From assembly GCA_963768425.1 (NCBI GenBank), contig CAVYHV010000015.1, forward strand, positions 32,001-96,000: 64,000 bases of DNA, read 5' to 3'. Positions 40,386-51,068 of the stretch are shown here, piece by piece (position 1 is the stretch's first letter; every line of letters begins with the position of its first letter). The position numbers and the translations under genes were made by a program. The notes beneath the pieces are model-generated. The model saw only the letters and a program-made list of their open reading frames with translations. It ran no database searches and had not been told where the DNA came from. The DNA comes from Candidatus Bathyarchaeota archaeon (lineage in GTDB: Archaea > Thermoproteota > Bathyarchaeia > Bathyarchaeales > Bathycorpusculaceae).

Positions 40386-41050
40386 TGGTCAAAGTCGGCG
40401 GAAGCCTTGCATTGCAACCGGATAAACTGAGAAGCTTATGCGGAAAATTGACCGAGTTTTCTTATGCACACAAATTAGTTATATTGCCGGGAGGCGGCGA
40501 ATTTGCCGACGCGGTCAGAAACTTAGATGAGCGATTCCATTTGTCGCCTAAGATTTCTCATCGCATGGCGATTTTAGGGATGGATCAATATGGGTTGCTG
40601 CTGTCTAACCTGCTGGCGGGTTCAAAGCTTGTTTATGAGCTTGATGATCTGCAAGAAATCCTCAATTCAGGTGAGTTGCCAGTTTTTTTGCCGTCGGCTT
40701 TCTTGTTTTCTAAAGATGCACTTGAGAACTCGTGGGATGTTACTTCTGACACTATCGCCGTCTATATTGCAAGCCAACTGGGCTTATCCAAAGTTGTCTT
40801 AGTGACTGATGTTGATGGAGTCTACTCCAGTGACCCTAAGAAGTTTTTAAATGCAAAATTGATCAGGAAGTTGTCCGCTTCCAAGCTCCTAAAAATGAGC
40901 GAGAGAACGAGCGTTGATAAGTTCTTGCCAAAACTAATCTTGCAGTCCCAGCTTGAATGTTTCGTCGTAAATGGGCTACATTCCCAGCGCATCAAGGCAA
41001 TCTTAACTGGAAAAGAAACAGTTTGCACCAAAATAACCCGAAATCCATAG
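40373..41050 (+). CDS. mfnE: Amino-acid-kinase-family [5-(aminomethyl)furan-3-yl]methyl phosphate kinase
   Basis: VKVGGSL, PGGGEFADAVR, HRMAILGMDQYG, SWDVTSD and TDVDG motifs. Confidence 0.85.
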   Translation: MDAVMVKVGGSLALQPDKLRSLCGKLTEFSYAHKLVILPGGGEFADAVRNLDERFHLSPKISHRMAILGMDQYGLLLSNLLAGSKLVYELDDLQEILNSGELPVFLPSAFLFSKDALENSWDVTSDTIAVYIASQLGLSKVVLVTDVDGVYSSDPKKFLNAKLIRKLSASKLLKMSERTSVDKFLPKLILQSQLECFVVNGLHSQRIKAILTGKETVCTKITRNP

Positions 41051-41206
41051 AAATCTTCTAACGAGTTCCTTTAAAAGCACAAAGATATTTGGAATTGTTC
41101 AACAGCCATCTTTAAAAATTAATTTATGCAGCACCTGCATGAATTCTTTCAAATAGGTGAAAGGATAAAATAGAAAAAATAAAAAAAGGATATTGGAAGT
41201 TGCCGT

Positions 41207-41371
41207 TTAGATCTTTTTCTTATCCACGACTTCTCGGAAGGTTTTGTCGCAGCACTTGTAAAGAGCAATGGTCAATTGTGTGCGTTTTCCTTTTTTGTCT
41301 GGTTTGCCAGCCATCTTCCAAGTTTTGGTTGCATTTTTTACTTCTTTTCCACAAGTTGGGCATTTTGCCAT
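41207..41371 (-). CDS. Small basic Cren7-like/zinc-ribbon protein (absent from ORF track)
   Basis: MAKCPTCGKEVKNATKTWKMAGKPDKKGKRTQLTIALYKCCDKTFREVVDKKKI (54 aa), followed by a T-rich terminator. Confidence 0.75.
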   Translation of the reverse strand: MAKCPTCGKEVKNATKTWKMAGKPDKKGKRTQLTIALYKCCDKTFREVVDKKKI

Positions 41372-41598
41372 GATTATCCCTACGCTTGAATGTTATCATA
41401 TGGATCAGCATAAAACACTTGTGGTACATGCACTTAAAAATGGCTAAAAAGGCTTTCTTATAGCGTGAAAAACATGGAAAATGCAACCGTTTTATTGAAA
41501 AAACGGCGCTAACTCACTACATTGCGGGGCGCCATAAGAAATGTTCCTAAACCAAGTTCTTAAGAAAATGGAGGAAAGTAAAAGAATTATTAGCTCAA

Positions 41599-42207
41599 GT
41601 GATGAAGCTAAGTCTGGAGAACCAGATGATTGTCGGTTTAGATTTGGCAGGCGTCGAAACACGACCAACCGGCGTCTGCATCCTTACAGGAATGAACGCT
41701 CAAACTTGCCTGATGTATACGGACACGGAAATCCTCGCAAAAATCAAGGCAATTAATCCTGCCGTTGTAGCCATCGACGCGCCTTTAAGCCTGCCTCCTG
41801 GACGGAAATCCCTTGAAGATAGAACTGGTGTTCACCTTAGAGAATGCGACAGGGAACTCTTGAAAAGGCACATAAAGTTTTTTCCAATTACGCTGGGTCC
41901 TATGCGAAAACTGACCATACGCGGAATAAACCTGAGACATGCTTTAGAGGCGGAACGATTGGTTGTGATTGAGGCGTATCCAGGCGGTGCACAAGACGTT
42001 CGTGGAATCCTCCGAAAGCAGAAAGGGCTCGAAAAACTAAAGTCTGGTCTTGAGAGCTTAGGCATAAAAGGGCTGAAGAACGAATTAAGCGACCATGAAC
42101 TTGATGCAGTAACTTGTGCATATGTGGGCAAACTCTTTCTAGAGGGCAAATCTGTAACTTATGGAGCCCCAGAAGGAATAGTTATGCCGAAAGGTACAAA
42201 ACCCTGA
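41599..42207 (+). CDS. DUF429 (RNase H-like fold) protein
   Basis: VGLDLAG, VAIDAPLSLP, IEAYPG and DHELDAVTCAY motifs. Confidence 0.85.
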   Translation: MMKLSLENQMIVGLDLAGVETRPTGVCILTGMNAQTCLMYTDTEILAKIKAINPAVVAIDAPLSLPPGRKSLEDRTGVHLRECDRELLKRHIKFFPITLGPMRKLTIRGINLRHALEAERLVVIEAYPGGAQDVRGILRKQKGLEKLKSGLESLGIKGLKNELSDHELDAVTCAYVGKLFLEGKSVTYGAPEGIVMPKGTKP

Positions 42208-42431
42208 TTATGAAACAGAGTTCTTTTCAGAAAATCCACAATTAGGAGTGGCTCAATTGTTAGTAAATTAATTAGTTCTAACGCTTTGATTAATCTTTTA
42301 AGAGGTTTTCTTGAAAAGAGCAGGAGTGTCTAATCTGACGTGCAAGGGTCAAAAGAACAGTAAATAATGAAACAAGTGGGTCTCTTCAAAATATCCTTTA
42401 CTTGAAGAGAAAAAAGAAGGGAGATTTGACT

Positions 42432-42956
42432 TTACGCAGAAGGAGCCGGTGGAGGTGGAGATGCCATTGGAGATGGCGCAGAAGATTGAAATACTTGTTT
42501 TATTTGAGCAACGGTTGTTCCCGCCCAGCGATCGGTCAATTTTTGGCGCTTGTCATTTCCAGCTGTGACAACTGCTATCAACCAGTCCAGGAAAAGGAAA
42601 AGCGCGAAGATCTTGCTTATATTGCGTATGAATGATTTCCCAAATGATATCCGTCCGCCTTTTTCCAGCTGCACCTCTAAACCCATGACTCTTTTTCCAA
42701 CTGTTCCTCCCCAGACGACGTCCAATATGATGAAATAAAGTATTGAAAGCAGCCCAAAAAGCCCAAAAGTTAGCCAAATTCCGCCGTAGAAAAGCACCGA
42801 AGAGCCTGAAGCTATGGCAGCAACAGCTATCACCGCTACTATAATGCCCAGTATTGTTGTTACTATGAAGATTATTATTGCGTCGATGATGTAAGCGATT
42901 AAGCGTATAACCCAATGCGTAAAGTCAATCTGTCCACTATTGTTGCTACTTGTCAT
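42432..42956 (-). CDS. RDD family membrane protein
   Basis: RLIAYIID, GGTVGKRVMGLEV and QKLTDRWAGTTV motifs. Confidence 0.9.
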   Translation of the reverse strand: MTSSNNSGQIDFTHWVIRLIAYIIDAIIIFIVTTILGIIVAVIAVAAIASGSSVLFYGGIWLTFGLFGLLSILYFIILDVVWGGTVGKRVMGLEVQLEKGGRISFGKSFIRNISKIFALFLFLDWLIAVVTAGNDKRQKLTDRWAGTTVAQIKQVFQSSAPSPMASPPPPAPSA

Positions 42957-43042
42957 TTGCTAAAAACCTCTAACTAGATTGTTGTATAAGCGCCTTATTA
43001 TCGTTTTCGATTTATCGATTAAACTCTAAAAAGAAGTATGTT

Positions 43043-43690
43043 TCAAGGCTTGAAACCTATCAAGAGCGCCATTTCCATCCATTTCCAGTAACAGTCAACG
43101 TCAGCGAAACCAATCTGTCTTAAGAATTTAAGCTGCGTTTCAACATCCAAAAGTCTGTTAGATGGGTCTTCTGTTTTGGGAACTCCTGATAGCTCCAAGA
43201 ATTTCAGGTGAACGTTCTCTGTCGAAGAAGCAACGCGGTCAAGATTGCAGAACACGCCTTTTGGATTTAGTAGACCGAAAACTTCTTTGTACAGTTGCCT
43301 TTTTCTGGGATGCTCAAGGTGATGGATCGCCAAACTGGAGACTACGGCGTCAAAACATCCGAGTTGCTTAGCCGGAAGGGGTCGTCTTAAATCATGTTTA
43401 AACACAGTTACGCTCGTTTCTTTCGTGAAGCGTTCTTCGGCGCGTTCAAGCATAGGCTCGGAAAAGTCCAATGCCACACCTTGTGCGTCTGGCTTGTTCA
43501 GCTTAACCAAGGCCATTAATCTGCCGTTACCTGTTCCCAAATCCAAAATCCGCTTGGTGTGTTTAGGGATTTGTTCAAGCAGCACTCTTTCCCCTTCTGT
43601 TCTATGGGGAAGTTTATCTGCTCTTGCCAAGTACGCAAGGACATGATCAATTCTTTGCCATTCGCTCTTAGGTACATCTTCTTTTTCCAA
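43043..43690 (-). CDS. Class I SAM-dependent methyltransferase
   Basis: ILDLGTGNG, FDAVVSSLAIHHL and LLNPKGVF motifs. Confidence 0.9.
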   Translation of the reverse strand: MEKEDVPKSEWQRIDHVLAYLARADKLPHRTEGERVLLEQIPKHTKRILDLGTGNGRLMALVKLNKPDAQGVALDFSEPMLERAEERFTKETSVTVFKHDLRRPLPAKQLGCFDAVVSSLAIHHLEHPRKRQLYKEVFGLLNPKGVFCNLDRVASSTENVHLKFLELSGVPKTEDPSNRLLDVETQLKFLRQIGFADVDCYWKWMEMALLIGFKP

Positions 43691-43871
43691 AGTCCATCCC
43701 TCCTCTATAACAAGCGGCAGGATATTTTTAATTTGCGTCGTTTACTTACGGAATTGGAGGGCTCAAAGCGGCAAAACTTTTCTCTCGACCTGAAAATACT
43801 CTTCCTAAGCTAACAATCCTTATATTGTGTTGATTCCTTTGAAAGGGGAATATTAAAAGGGGTTTCTGTTT

Positions 43872-44213
43872 ATGGAGTTTTGCCCAACTTGCGGCGTTCG
43901 TCTTGAGCCGAAGAAATCTGATGGTGCAATAGCACTTGTTTGCTCAAAATGCGGCTTCACCAAGCAGGCATCATGCAGCCGTGAGCAAGCTAAAGTAGTG
44001 AAAGTTATTCAGCCTAAATCCCAGCCGTTTATGACCGTCATAAGCGAAGAGGAACAAAAAGTCAAAACCATGCCGACAATACGCATGAAATGCGAGAAGT
44101 GCGGAAACAACATGGTTTACGTTTGGCAAGTACAAACTCGAGGCGGGGACGAAGCGTCAACCCAATTCATGCGCTGCACCAAATGCGGACACACCTTCAG
44201 AGAATACTCATAG
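43872..44213 (+). CDS. tfs: Transcription factor S (RpoM/TFS)
   Basis: MEFCPTCG...CEKCG...WQVQTRGGDEASTQFMRCTKCGHTFREY. Confidence 0.92.
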   Translation: MEFCPTCGVRLEPKKSDGAIALVCSKCGFTKQASCSREQAKVVKVIQPKSQPFMTVISEEEQKVKTMPTIRMKCEKCGNNMVYVWQVQTRGGDEASTQFMRCTKCGHTFREYS

Positions 44214-44825
44214 AAATGTTTTCCTTGATCTCAAAAAAGCGTCTTTTCATATGGTGAAGAACCCGTCGAGAAGCAAATTACGTACGCTATTTGAACCCCG
44301 CTTACCATGTCAGTTTTTTGGCAAAGTGTTGGTTAGAGTTTACGTGAAGCTTAAGGTTATTGACTTACGGTTTGAAGCAAACGAAGAAAAGTAAAATTTC
44401 CAAGGACAGCAACATAACAAACTATGCTTGAACCCGTCCGCTTATTGTCAAGTATAAACAGGTGTGCGAAAACGGTTCTTTTCATATTTCATACGCAAAA
44501 ATTAAGGGTGAAAAAAAGGACAGTTTTTCCTTCTTTTGAAGTTTTAAGTTTGAGTTTTGCTCTTTTTCTCTTTTCGTGCTTTTCTTTTCGCGTCTCGTTC
44601 TTTTTTGGTTAGTGGTTTTTCTTTTTTCGGCATGTTTTATCTCCGGGTGTAATGATATGCAAGTTAGCACTTTAATAATTTTCGACAAAACCCCGTTGCC
44701 ACAACTGCTACATTATGGGAAATCTGCAATAATAGACAATCATTACAATTCACACGTTTCAAAATTTGAGTACTAAATTAATAAAAAGAAAAGTGTTAAT
44801 TGAGTTAAGATGTTAGCTTAAAAGC

Positions 44826-44969
44826 TTAATATCTTCTTGGTGGTCTGCGTTTAGAATAGCATTCTCGGCAATATACTGGCCTGCTTCCGTCTGGCTTGAA
44901 AGGAACTTCACATTCTTTTCCACAGTCAGCGCAGGTTGCCTTGTGCATTTCTTTGTTACCGTATGACAT
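44826..44969 (-). CDS. CxxC-x17-CxxC domain small protein (absent from ORF track)
   Basis: MSYGNKEMHKATCADCGKECEVPFKPDGSRPVYCRECYSKRRPPRRY. Confidence 0.9.
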   Translation of the reverse strand: MSYGNKEMHKATCADCGKECEVPFKPDGSRPVYCRECYSKRRPPRRY

Positions 44970-45370
44970 TTTCGTTTTTCACTTCCTATTACATTTCTTT
45001 TGCAAATCACTTTGCAAGCATGCCTAAGGTTGAACTTACTATAAAATCTATCCGTTGCAGAAGGCTAAGAGGGTTATTCGCCCCGTGTATCGTTGCGGTT
45101 GCACTCCGCTTTTGGCCTGTACTCTACCTTCTTTGTCCGCGCCTTATGGTGTCTTTCACATTCTTTTATTCGAACAAGCATCCACTCGTTTTCTTCGTAA
45201 ACGCAACCGCAAACCAAAGTTTTAGTCGTCAAAACCATTCATCTCTAAACTGCTCGCCAGTCAAATAAGAAATAACTGCAGTACCTCATAACGATTCCTC
45301 TTAGCCGCCCTTTAATCGCATGGTTTGCTACACAACCTAAATAAACTAATTTTCTTATCCAACATTCACC

Positions 45371-45904
45371 TTGAACTTTGAAAACGTAACGTTGACTGAT
45401 TCTGTCTTTTTCCGATGCATGTGCTGCGGTATTTGTTGCCGTATGCAGCCACCCGACGTTGACGACGCCGAGCGGAAACGGATAGAGGCAAAAGGATTCA
45501 AAGATTTCTTAGAGCGCCCTGACGAAGGCGGAATTCGTTGGATCCGCAGAAAAAAAGATGCCAGCTGCCATTTCCTTACAAAAAACAACAAGTGCGCCAT
45601 CTACAACGTGCGCCCAGCGGCTTGCAGATTGGAACCATTCACAATAGCCGACTACGACTCCGAGAAAAACCGAATAGAAGTAGAACTGAACTTCCCTTTT
45701 TCAAGCTGCTGTGTGGGAACCTGCGAAGAAAAAGAAATGGGGTCTTTTCAGGAAATCGCGAAAGCCGCTCAAGTAATGTTGCGGAAGATTTTAGCTGTAA
45801 CTGCGAAAGACTTAGAGCTTCCCATAAAGGATAAGAGGGTTCGCGCTGAAACTCGGTCAAGAATTCTTCGAAGAAAAATAGAAGCCGCCGACCTACAACT
45901 ATAA
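45371..45904 (+). CDS. YkgJ family cysteine-cluster protein
   Basis: CMCCGICC, CHFL and CAIYNVRPAACRLEPF motifs. Confidence 0.88.
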   Translation: MNFENVTLTDSVFFRCMCCGICCRMQPPDVDDAERKRIEAKGFKDFLERPDEGGIRWIRRKKDASCHFLTKNNKCAIYNVRPAACRLEPFTIADYDSEKNRIEVELNFPFSSCCVGTCEEKEMGSFQEIAKAAQVMLRKILAVTAKDLELPIKDKRVRAETRSRILRRKIEAADLQL

Positions 45905-45918
45905 CCTATTTTAAGCTG

Positions 45919-46329
45919 CTAAAACTCCGGCAGGATGTCCCCTTCTGACTTTTCCGCAGGCATGGGAGAGACGTTGGCAGCTTGCGCCTTCTCAGCCATC
46001 TTCTTTGCGACGGCAATTTGTCTTTTAACGTCATCCACTCCTGACTGTAATGATTGCAACGCAATAACTTCCCATGTGTTTTGGCTCCAGAACGGTAAAC
46101 TATTCATTGTCTTGCTCAATTCTTCAGCAGACGGAGATTCAATAATCATTACTCCAGCTCTTTGACCTGCGAACAATCCTCCGATTATTATTTTTTTGTC
46201 TTCCCAATCCTTCAACATTTGTATGCTTGGCAAAATCATGTGTTCCGCAGCCATTGTGAAATCCGCTGGGTTAACAGGACCGCCATAGTCAATTCCTCTG
46301 CCTATCACTAAAAACCTCAAAAAATTCAC
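45919..46329 (-). CDS. Hypothetical protein (muconolactone-isomerase-like ferredoxin fold)
   Basis: GGLFAGQRAGVMIIESPSAEELSKTMNSLPFW...WEVIAL pattern. Confidence 0.6.
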   Translation of the reverse strand: MNFLRFLVIGRGIDYGGPVNPADFTMAAEHMILPSIQMLKDWEDKKIIIGGLFAGQRAGVMIIESPSAEELSKTMNSLPFWSQNTWEVIALQSLQSGVDDVKRQIAVAKKMAEKAQAANVSPMPAEKSEGDILPEF

Positions 46330-46585
46330 CTAACAAGAAAGAACAATTCCTTCTCCCTTAAGTATATGTGATTGTCAAAAAACAGCAACAACAGAAAATC
46401 GAGCCTTATTTGACTTTTCATTTAATCAAATTGCGTTGCACTGTCAAGCGCTAACGTTCGCAAAGCTTTTTAGCTTGCTCGCTTAACCCTTATGGTGCGG
46501 GAGAAGTGACTTCTATCTTAAAGCGCTTTATCTGCTCTAATTTACGGCTAATTTCTCGAAGCTACTTCTTCCAAAAAAACTAAAA

Positions 46586-47542
46586 ATGAGGAAAACAAAA
46601 ATGCAAAAACCAATTAGTAAATCTGTGACTATTATTTTCGCAATACTTTTTTCGATTTCAATGGCAGCTTCAATTATAATGATACCAAACGCTAACGCGC
46701 ATACGCCATCTTGGAGTATTCCAGAATATGCCTACATTTTCGCTGCGCCAAGCCCTATAGGGGTAGGTCAGACAACGCACGTTTACATGTGGCTTGACAG
46801 TGTTTTCGGTGCAGCAGGCACTGCAACCGTTGGTACAAGTGAAGCATTGCTTTCAAACAATTACAGATTCCACAACTTTCAGCTCATCATTACTTCACCT
46901 TCCGGTACAAACACAACGGAAACCTTTGCTATCGTCTCAGACCCAACATCGTCACAACCCTATTCCTTTACTCCCAGCGCAACCGGCACGTACACCTTAA
47001 CATTTAATTTTCCAGGACAAGGTTATGCAGAATACGCTGGCCAGTATAATCCCACTTCAAATCTGGTTGGCGATACTTATCTGCCTTGCAGCGCGTCAAC
47101 AACAATTACTGTTCAGTCAACGCCAATAACAGGTACACCCGGTGCCCCGTTACCGACAGCTTACTGGTCATATCCAATATACGGTTCAAACTATGACTGG
47201 TACACGATTTCGTCAAACTGGCTAGGTTTTGGTGTAGGACTTTCCGCTTCTGTGCCCCCACAACCCTCAGGCTACACTAGCACTTCATTGTACTCCGGTG
47301 ATGGCATAGGGCCGCTAACTTCACACATTATGTGGACAACGCAGACTCAAATTGGCGGGGAAGTCGGAGGAAACATGTTTACCAACGATCAGTCAGTCGG
47401 CTACTTCGAAGGCTCATCATATGCACCCAGATTCCAAAACCCGATAATAATAGACGGATACCTATACTACACAGTAGTCGCATCATTCACTGGTTCGCCT
47501 CTCTTGGGCGGAAGTCGCTACCGGACCAACCGTCTGCGTTAA
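46586..47542 (+). CDS. Beta-propeller surface protein paralogue 4, N-terminal part (frameshift near 47516)
   Basis: Signal peptide, PSPIGVGQ and NPIIIDG. The shifted frame continues ATGPTVCVNLQTGKQLWS into the 47595 ORF. Confidence 0.8.
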   Translation: MRKTKMQKPISKSVTIIFAILFSISMAASIIMIPNANAHTPSWSIPEYAYIFAAPSPIGVGQTTHVYMWLDSVFGAAGTATVGTSEALLSNNYRFHNFQLIITSPSGTNTTETFAIVSDPTSSQPYSFTPSATGTYTLTFNFPGQGYAEYAGQYNPTSNLVGDTYLPCSASTTITVQSTPITGTPGAPLPTAYWSYPIYGSNYDWYTISSNWLGFGVGLSASVPPQPSGYTSTSLYSGDGIGPLTSHIMWTTQTQIGGEVGGNMFTNDQSVGYFEGSSYAPRFQNPIIIDGYLYYTVVASFTGSPLLGGSRYRTNRLR

Positions 47543-47594
47543 TCTTCAAACAGGAAAGCAGCTCTGGAGCAACCAGAATATTCCACAACTATTA

Positions 47595-49532
47595 ATGGGC
47601 ATGACACCGGACGTTTACGACCCTGACCAACACGGAGTTTATCCGCCAATTCTAGTTGCAAGCGTTACTGCACCTGACGGTTCAACAACTTGGGAACTGT
47701 TTGATGGTTTCACGGGAGATGCACTATTCAACGTAACCGACGTTCCTTCAGGCGCAGCAGCATGGGGTCCACAAGGTGAGTACCTGCAGTATATCCTCAC
47801 TAATGATGGCACGCCGACAGCTCCACAATGGTATTTGTCTGAATGGAACTCCTCCAGGCTTTGGTTATACGACATCAATCCATACACTGGCAGTGGAAGC
47901 GTCTCGCCGTCAATCCTAATTCAACCCGGCAACGGTTTCCTGGGCTTTCCTTTTAGCAGTGTGCTTCCTATTCCAATCACAGGCGAAGATGTGTTTTACC
48001 CAACCGGAGCAGTAGGATTCGTACCTTACGGTTCAGCACTTAATGTCAACGGAAACATCGGCATCGCGCAAGGCCATGCTATATCTGCATTTAATTCGCC
48101 AACAACTTATGACTGGAACATTTCGTTATCATACCTAAACGCACTACCAGTACCACCCCTCGTTATAACTCCCATCGGCCCCATGGGCGGCGTTCCCATA
48201 ACGATCGGCGCAGTAGACTACGGAGATATGATGCTTGCCTACACTACGCTCCCAACAGGTTACGCAGCAGACGGCGGAGGCGTCCCACAACCCCCATCAT
48301 GGACAATGTACGGCATAAACCTCAACTCATCTGTAGGCGCGGTCGGTTCTGTACTTTGGAGCAAGACGATTACAACGCCACCGGGAAATCTGACTATCTC
48401 ATTTAGCGGAGCTGACTGGCAGACCCGTACCTTTGAAATGAACTATGAAGAAACTATGCAATGGACAGGATTCAGTCTAACAAATGGCGCACAGCTCTGG
48501 GGACCAACTCCATCTCAAACAGCCCTCGACTACTACGGCACACCGGGATCTCCCCCATTGCAAGCCTTCCTTGCCTACGGCACACTCTACAGCAGTTCAT
48601 ACGGCGGAATATGCTACGCCTATAACGATCAAACTGGAAAACTATTATGGACATGGGGCAACGGTGGACCATCTCAACCAGACAACAGCACCTACGCAGG
48701 CTTTAACGGACCTTACGGTGTCTATCCAACCCAAATACAAGCTATTGATAAAGGCGTCGTATACCTAGCTACAGATGAACACACTGTAACCAACCCAATT
48801 TACGTGGGCGCAACGATAGTCGCCATTAACGCCACCACAGGACAGCAAATATGGAGGCTTTCAGGATACCCAAGCGAATGGGCCGGGACTGGTAGCGCAT
48901 GGGCTGTCGCAGCTGGCTACTTGACATTCTTTAACGGGTACGACGGCCAAATCTACTCTGTAGGCAGAGGGCCCAGCGCAACAACAGTACAGGCACCATT
49001 GACCTCTACAACAGCCGGAGCCAACGTAGCCATACAGGGCACAGTGATCGACACTTCAACAGGCACACAGCAATCAACGCAGAAGGCTGATTTTCCCTAC
49101 GGTGTTCCATGCGCATCTGACACAAGCATGCAGGCGTGGATGGGCCACGTTTACCAGCAAATGCCAGAACCGACCGATTTCACAGGCGTTACTGTAACGT
49201 TGACCGCTCTTGATCCAAACAACAACACTGTTCCCATCGGCCAAGCCACAACCAACGCTTATGGTCTATACAACTACCAGTGGACGCCACCAAATGTTCC
49301 AGGCAAGTACACCGTTACCGCAACATTCTCAGGCACAAATGGTTACTATCCATCAAGTGCACAAACAACTATGATCGTAGGCTCGCCAGCAGCAACAGCC
49401 GCGCCAACAGCAACACCACTTAGCGGCGTCGCCACACAGGCTACACTCGAATACATAGGCATCGCAATCATAATCGTGATAATCATCATCGGTGCAGTAC
49501 TCGCACTGCTGATGATGAGAAAACACGCATAA
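47595..49532 (+). CDS. Beta-propeller surface protein paralogue 4, C-terminal part
   Basis: Homologous to paralogues 1-3; TM anchor ending RKHA. Confidence 0.8.
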   Translation: MGMTPDVYDPDQHGVYPPILVASVTAPDGSTTWELFDGFTGDALFNVTDVPSGAAAWGPQGEYLQYILTNDGTPTAPQWYLSEWNSSRLWLYDINPYTGSGSVSPSILIQPGNGFLGFPFSSVLPIPITGEDVFYPTGAVGFVPYGSALNVNGNIGIAQGHAISAFNSPTTYDWNISLSYLNALPVPPLVITPIGPMGGVPITIGAVDYGDMMLAYTTLPTGYAADGGGVPQPPSWTMYGINLNSSVGAVGSVLWSKTITTPPGNLTISFSGADWQTRTFEMNYEETMQWTGFSLTNGAQLWGPTPSQTALDYYGTPGSPPLQAFLAYGTLYSSSYGGICYAYNDQTGKLLWTWGNGGPSQPDNSTYAGFNGPYGVYPTQIQAIDKGVVYLATDEHTVTNPIYVGATIVAINATTGQQIWRLSGYPSEWAGTGSAWAVAAGYLTFFNGYDGQIYSVGRGPSATTVQAPLTSTTAGANVAIQGTVIDTSTGTQQSTQKADFPYGVPCASDTSMQAWMGHVYQQMPEPTDFTGVTVTLTALDPNNNTVPIGQATTNAYGLYNYQWTPPNVPGKYTVTATFSGTNGYYPSSAQTTMIVGSPAATAAPTATPLSGVATQATLEYIGIAIIIVIIIIGAVLALLMMRKHA

Positions 49533-49842
49533 AACAACCAAGGGAAAAAACCCATTTCCCCTTTCTTTTTATTTAACTTTTAAGTCAGAATTTTTCAAAT
49601 CGTTCAAATCTTGAAATTGATTTATCGGCAAGGCTATCCCTCAAGAATAATAGTACACGTTGCTTCACGACTCGAAGTGTAAGATTAAATCATGAAACAA
49701 GCTTCGTGCACTCATCGATTTGAAGAAAAATATGTAGTTGTAAGTTTTTAGAGGGCATTTTTTGTCTTTTGCTGTCAGGTAACTTATTTATTTGATGTTT
49801 TTCTATCGTATATCAGTATTCAATGTTGAATGCTTCTTGCAC

Positions 49843-50385
49843 GTGAAAATTAAATATCCAAAACTCTCGTTGTTCATAATAAGTGTAATCTTAGTGTACT
49901 TCCTTTTTTCTGGATTAGCATACAAACCCTTGCATGATGCCCTTATTTTCATGGGGTATTTTGGAACTTTTCTTGCGGGTTTACTGTATCCCTATGCATT
50001 AACTTCGTCGGCGGGTACAGCGATATTGCTGATTCTCGCTAAAGATCAAAACTTCCTCTTAGCAGGAGTTATAGCTGGAGGCGGCGCTTTGATAAGTGAC
50101 ATGGTTATCTTCCTTTTTGTTAAACATGGCTTTAATGATGAGGTACAAAAACTCTCAAAAGAAAAAGTTGTTCAAACTATTAATCGATGGATACCTGATT
50201 CCATTAGAGTCTACTTGCTTGCGACTTTTGCCAGTATTCTAATTGCATCGCCGCTTCCAACTGAAATTGGTATTATGCTAATGACATCAATAAAGAACAT
50301 GTCTACCAAGAAATTCGTAATAATTGTGTATATCCTGCATGCAAGCGCAATCTTCATAATTCTTCTAATTGGCCGCATTGTATAA
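49843..50385 (+). CDS. Hypothetical membrane protein
   Basis: Multiple TM segments; IASPLPTEIG motif. Confidence 0.7.
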   Translation: MKIKYPKLSLFIISVILVYFLFSGLAYKPLHDALIFMGYFGTFLAGLLYPYALTSSAGTAILLILAKDQNFLLAGVIAGGGALISDMVIFLFVKHGFNDEVQKLSKEKVVQTINRWIPDSIRVYLLATFASILIASPLPTEIGIMLMTSIKNMSTKKFVIIVYILHASAIFIILLIGRIV

Positions 50386-50660
50386 TTTGGAGAGTCAAGA
50401 CTTTTTTTGCTTAAGGGTAACAAAGTCAGGCCTTTTAATGTGTTTTTCTATAAGAGATAGTTTGAGTAAAGACGCCTCGTGCAGCGTCATATGTGCTTTT
50501 TGACTGCGCCAAACCCCGCTTGTGCCTTATAGCACCTAAAGATCTCTTAGCCAGGTTTTCACTTAAACGCTTTCAATTCACTTTGCCTTTGTCGTCTAAA
50601 AACTGATAAGTAACATATCCTCTATACCATTAAGGCAAAAATGGAGGATGAGAAAATAAA

Positions 50661-50792
50661 ATGCCAAAATTAACCTTTACCGTAAGCCATGAAAACGACA
50701 AACGATTAAGAGAAAAAGTGCTTAACAGAGGCGACCTATCCTGCATAATAAACGACGCATTAGACCAATACTTCAAGAAAGCGGAACAATAA
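50661..50792 (+). CDS. Small ribbon-helix-helix-like protein (absent from ORF track)
   Basis: MPKLTFTVSHENDKRLREKVLNRGDLSCIINDALDQYFKKAEQ, with GGAGG upstream. Confidence 0.65.
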   Translation: MPKLTFTVSHENDKRLREKVLNRGDLSCIINDALDQYFKKAEQ

Positions 50793-51068
50793 CAAAGAAA
50801 CAACAATGACAGAAGCTCCGTAAACCTTGGAAAAAGAACGATTCACAGTCAAAAAACCCAGTTGAGGAAGTTCAAAAAGTTACTAATTGTCAAGTCTATA
50901 TTACGTAGAAATAAAAGCCTTCATAAATTCATTCGACATAGTCTGATAAAATAATTGCTCCACCGCAAACCGGACATCCTACTTAATTACGTCTTCTTAA
51001 ATTTTAAAGATGTAAGTTATGAAGGGTTGCATAAATTATTAGAACAACTTGTTACACATATGTTTACT

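Noticed and set aside
16278-49532. Programmed frameshifting or phase variation in surface-protein paralogues 2 and 4
   Set aside because: The shifts are at non-homologous positions without long slippery tracts, and similar indels hit unrelated housekeeping genes.
12099-49532. Diversity-generating retroelement acting on the surface proteins
   Set aside because: No reverse transcriptase, and no template/variable repeat pair with adenine-specific differences was seen.
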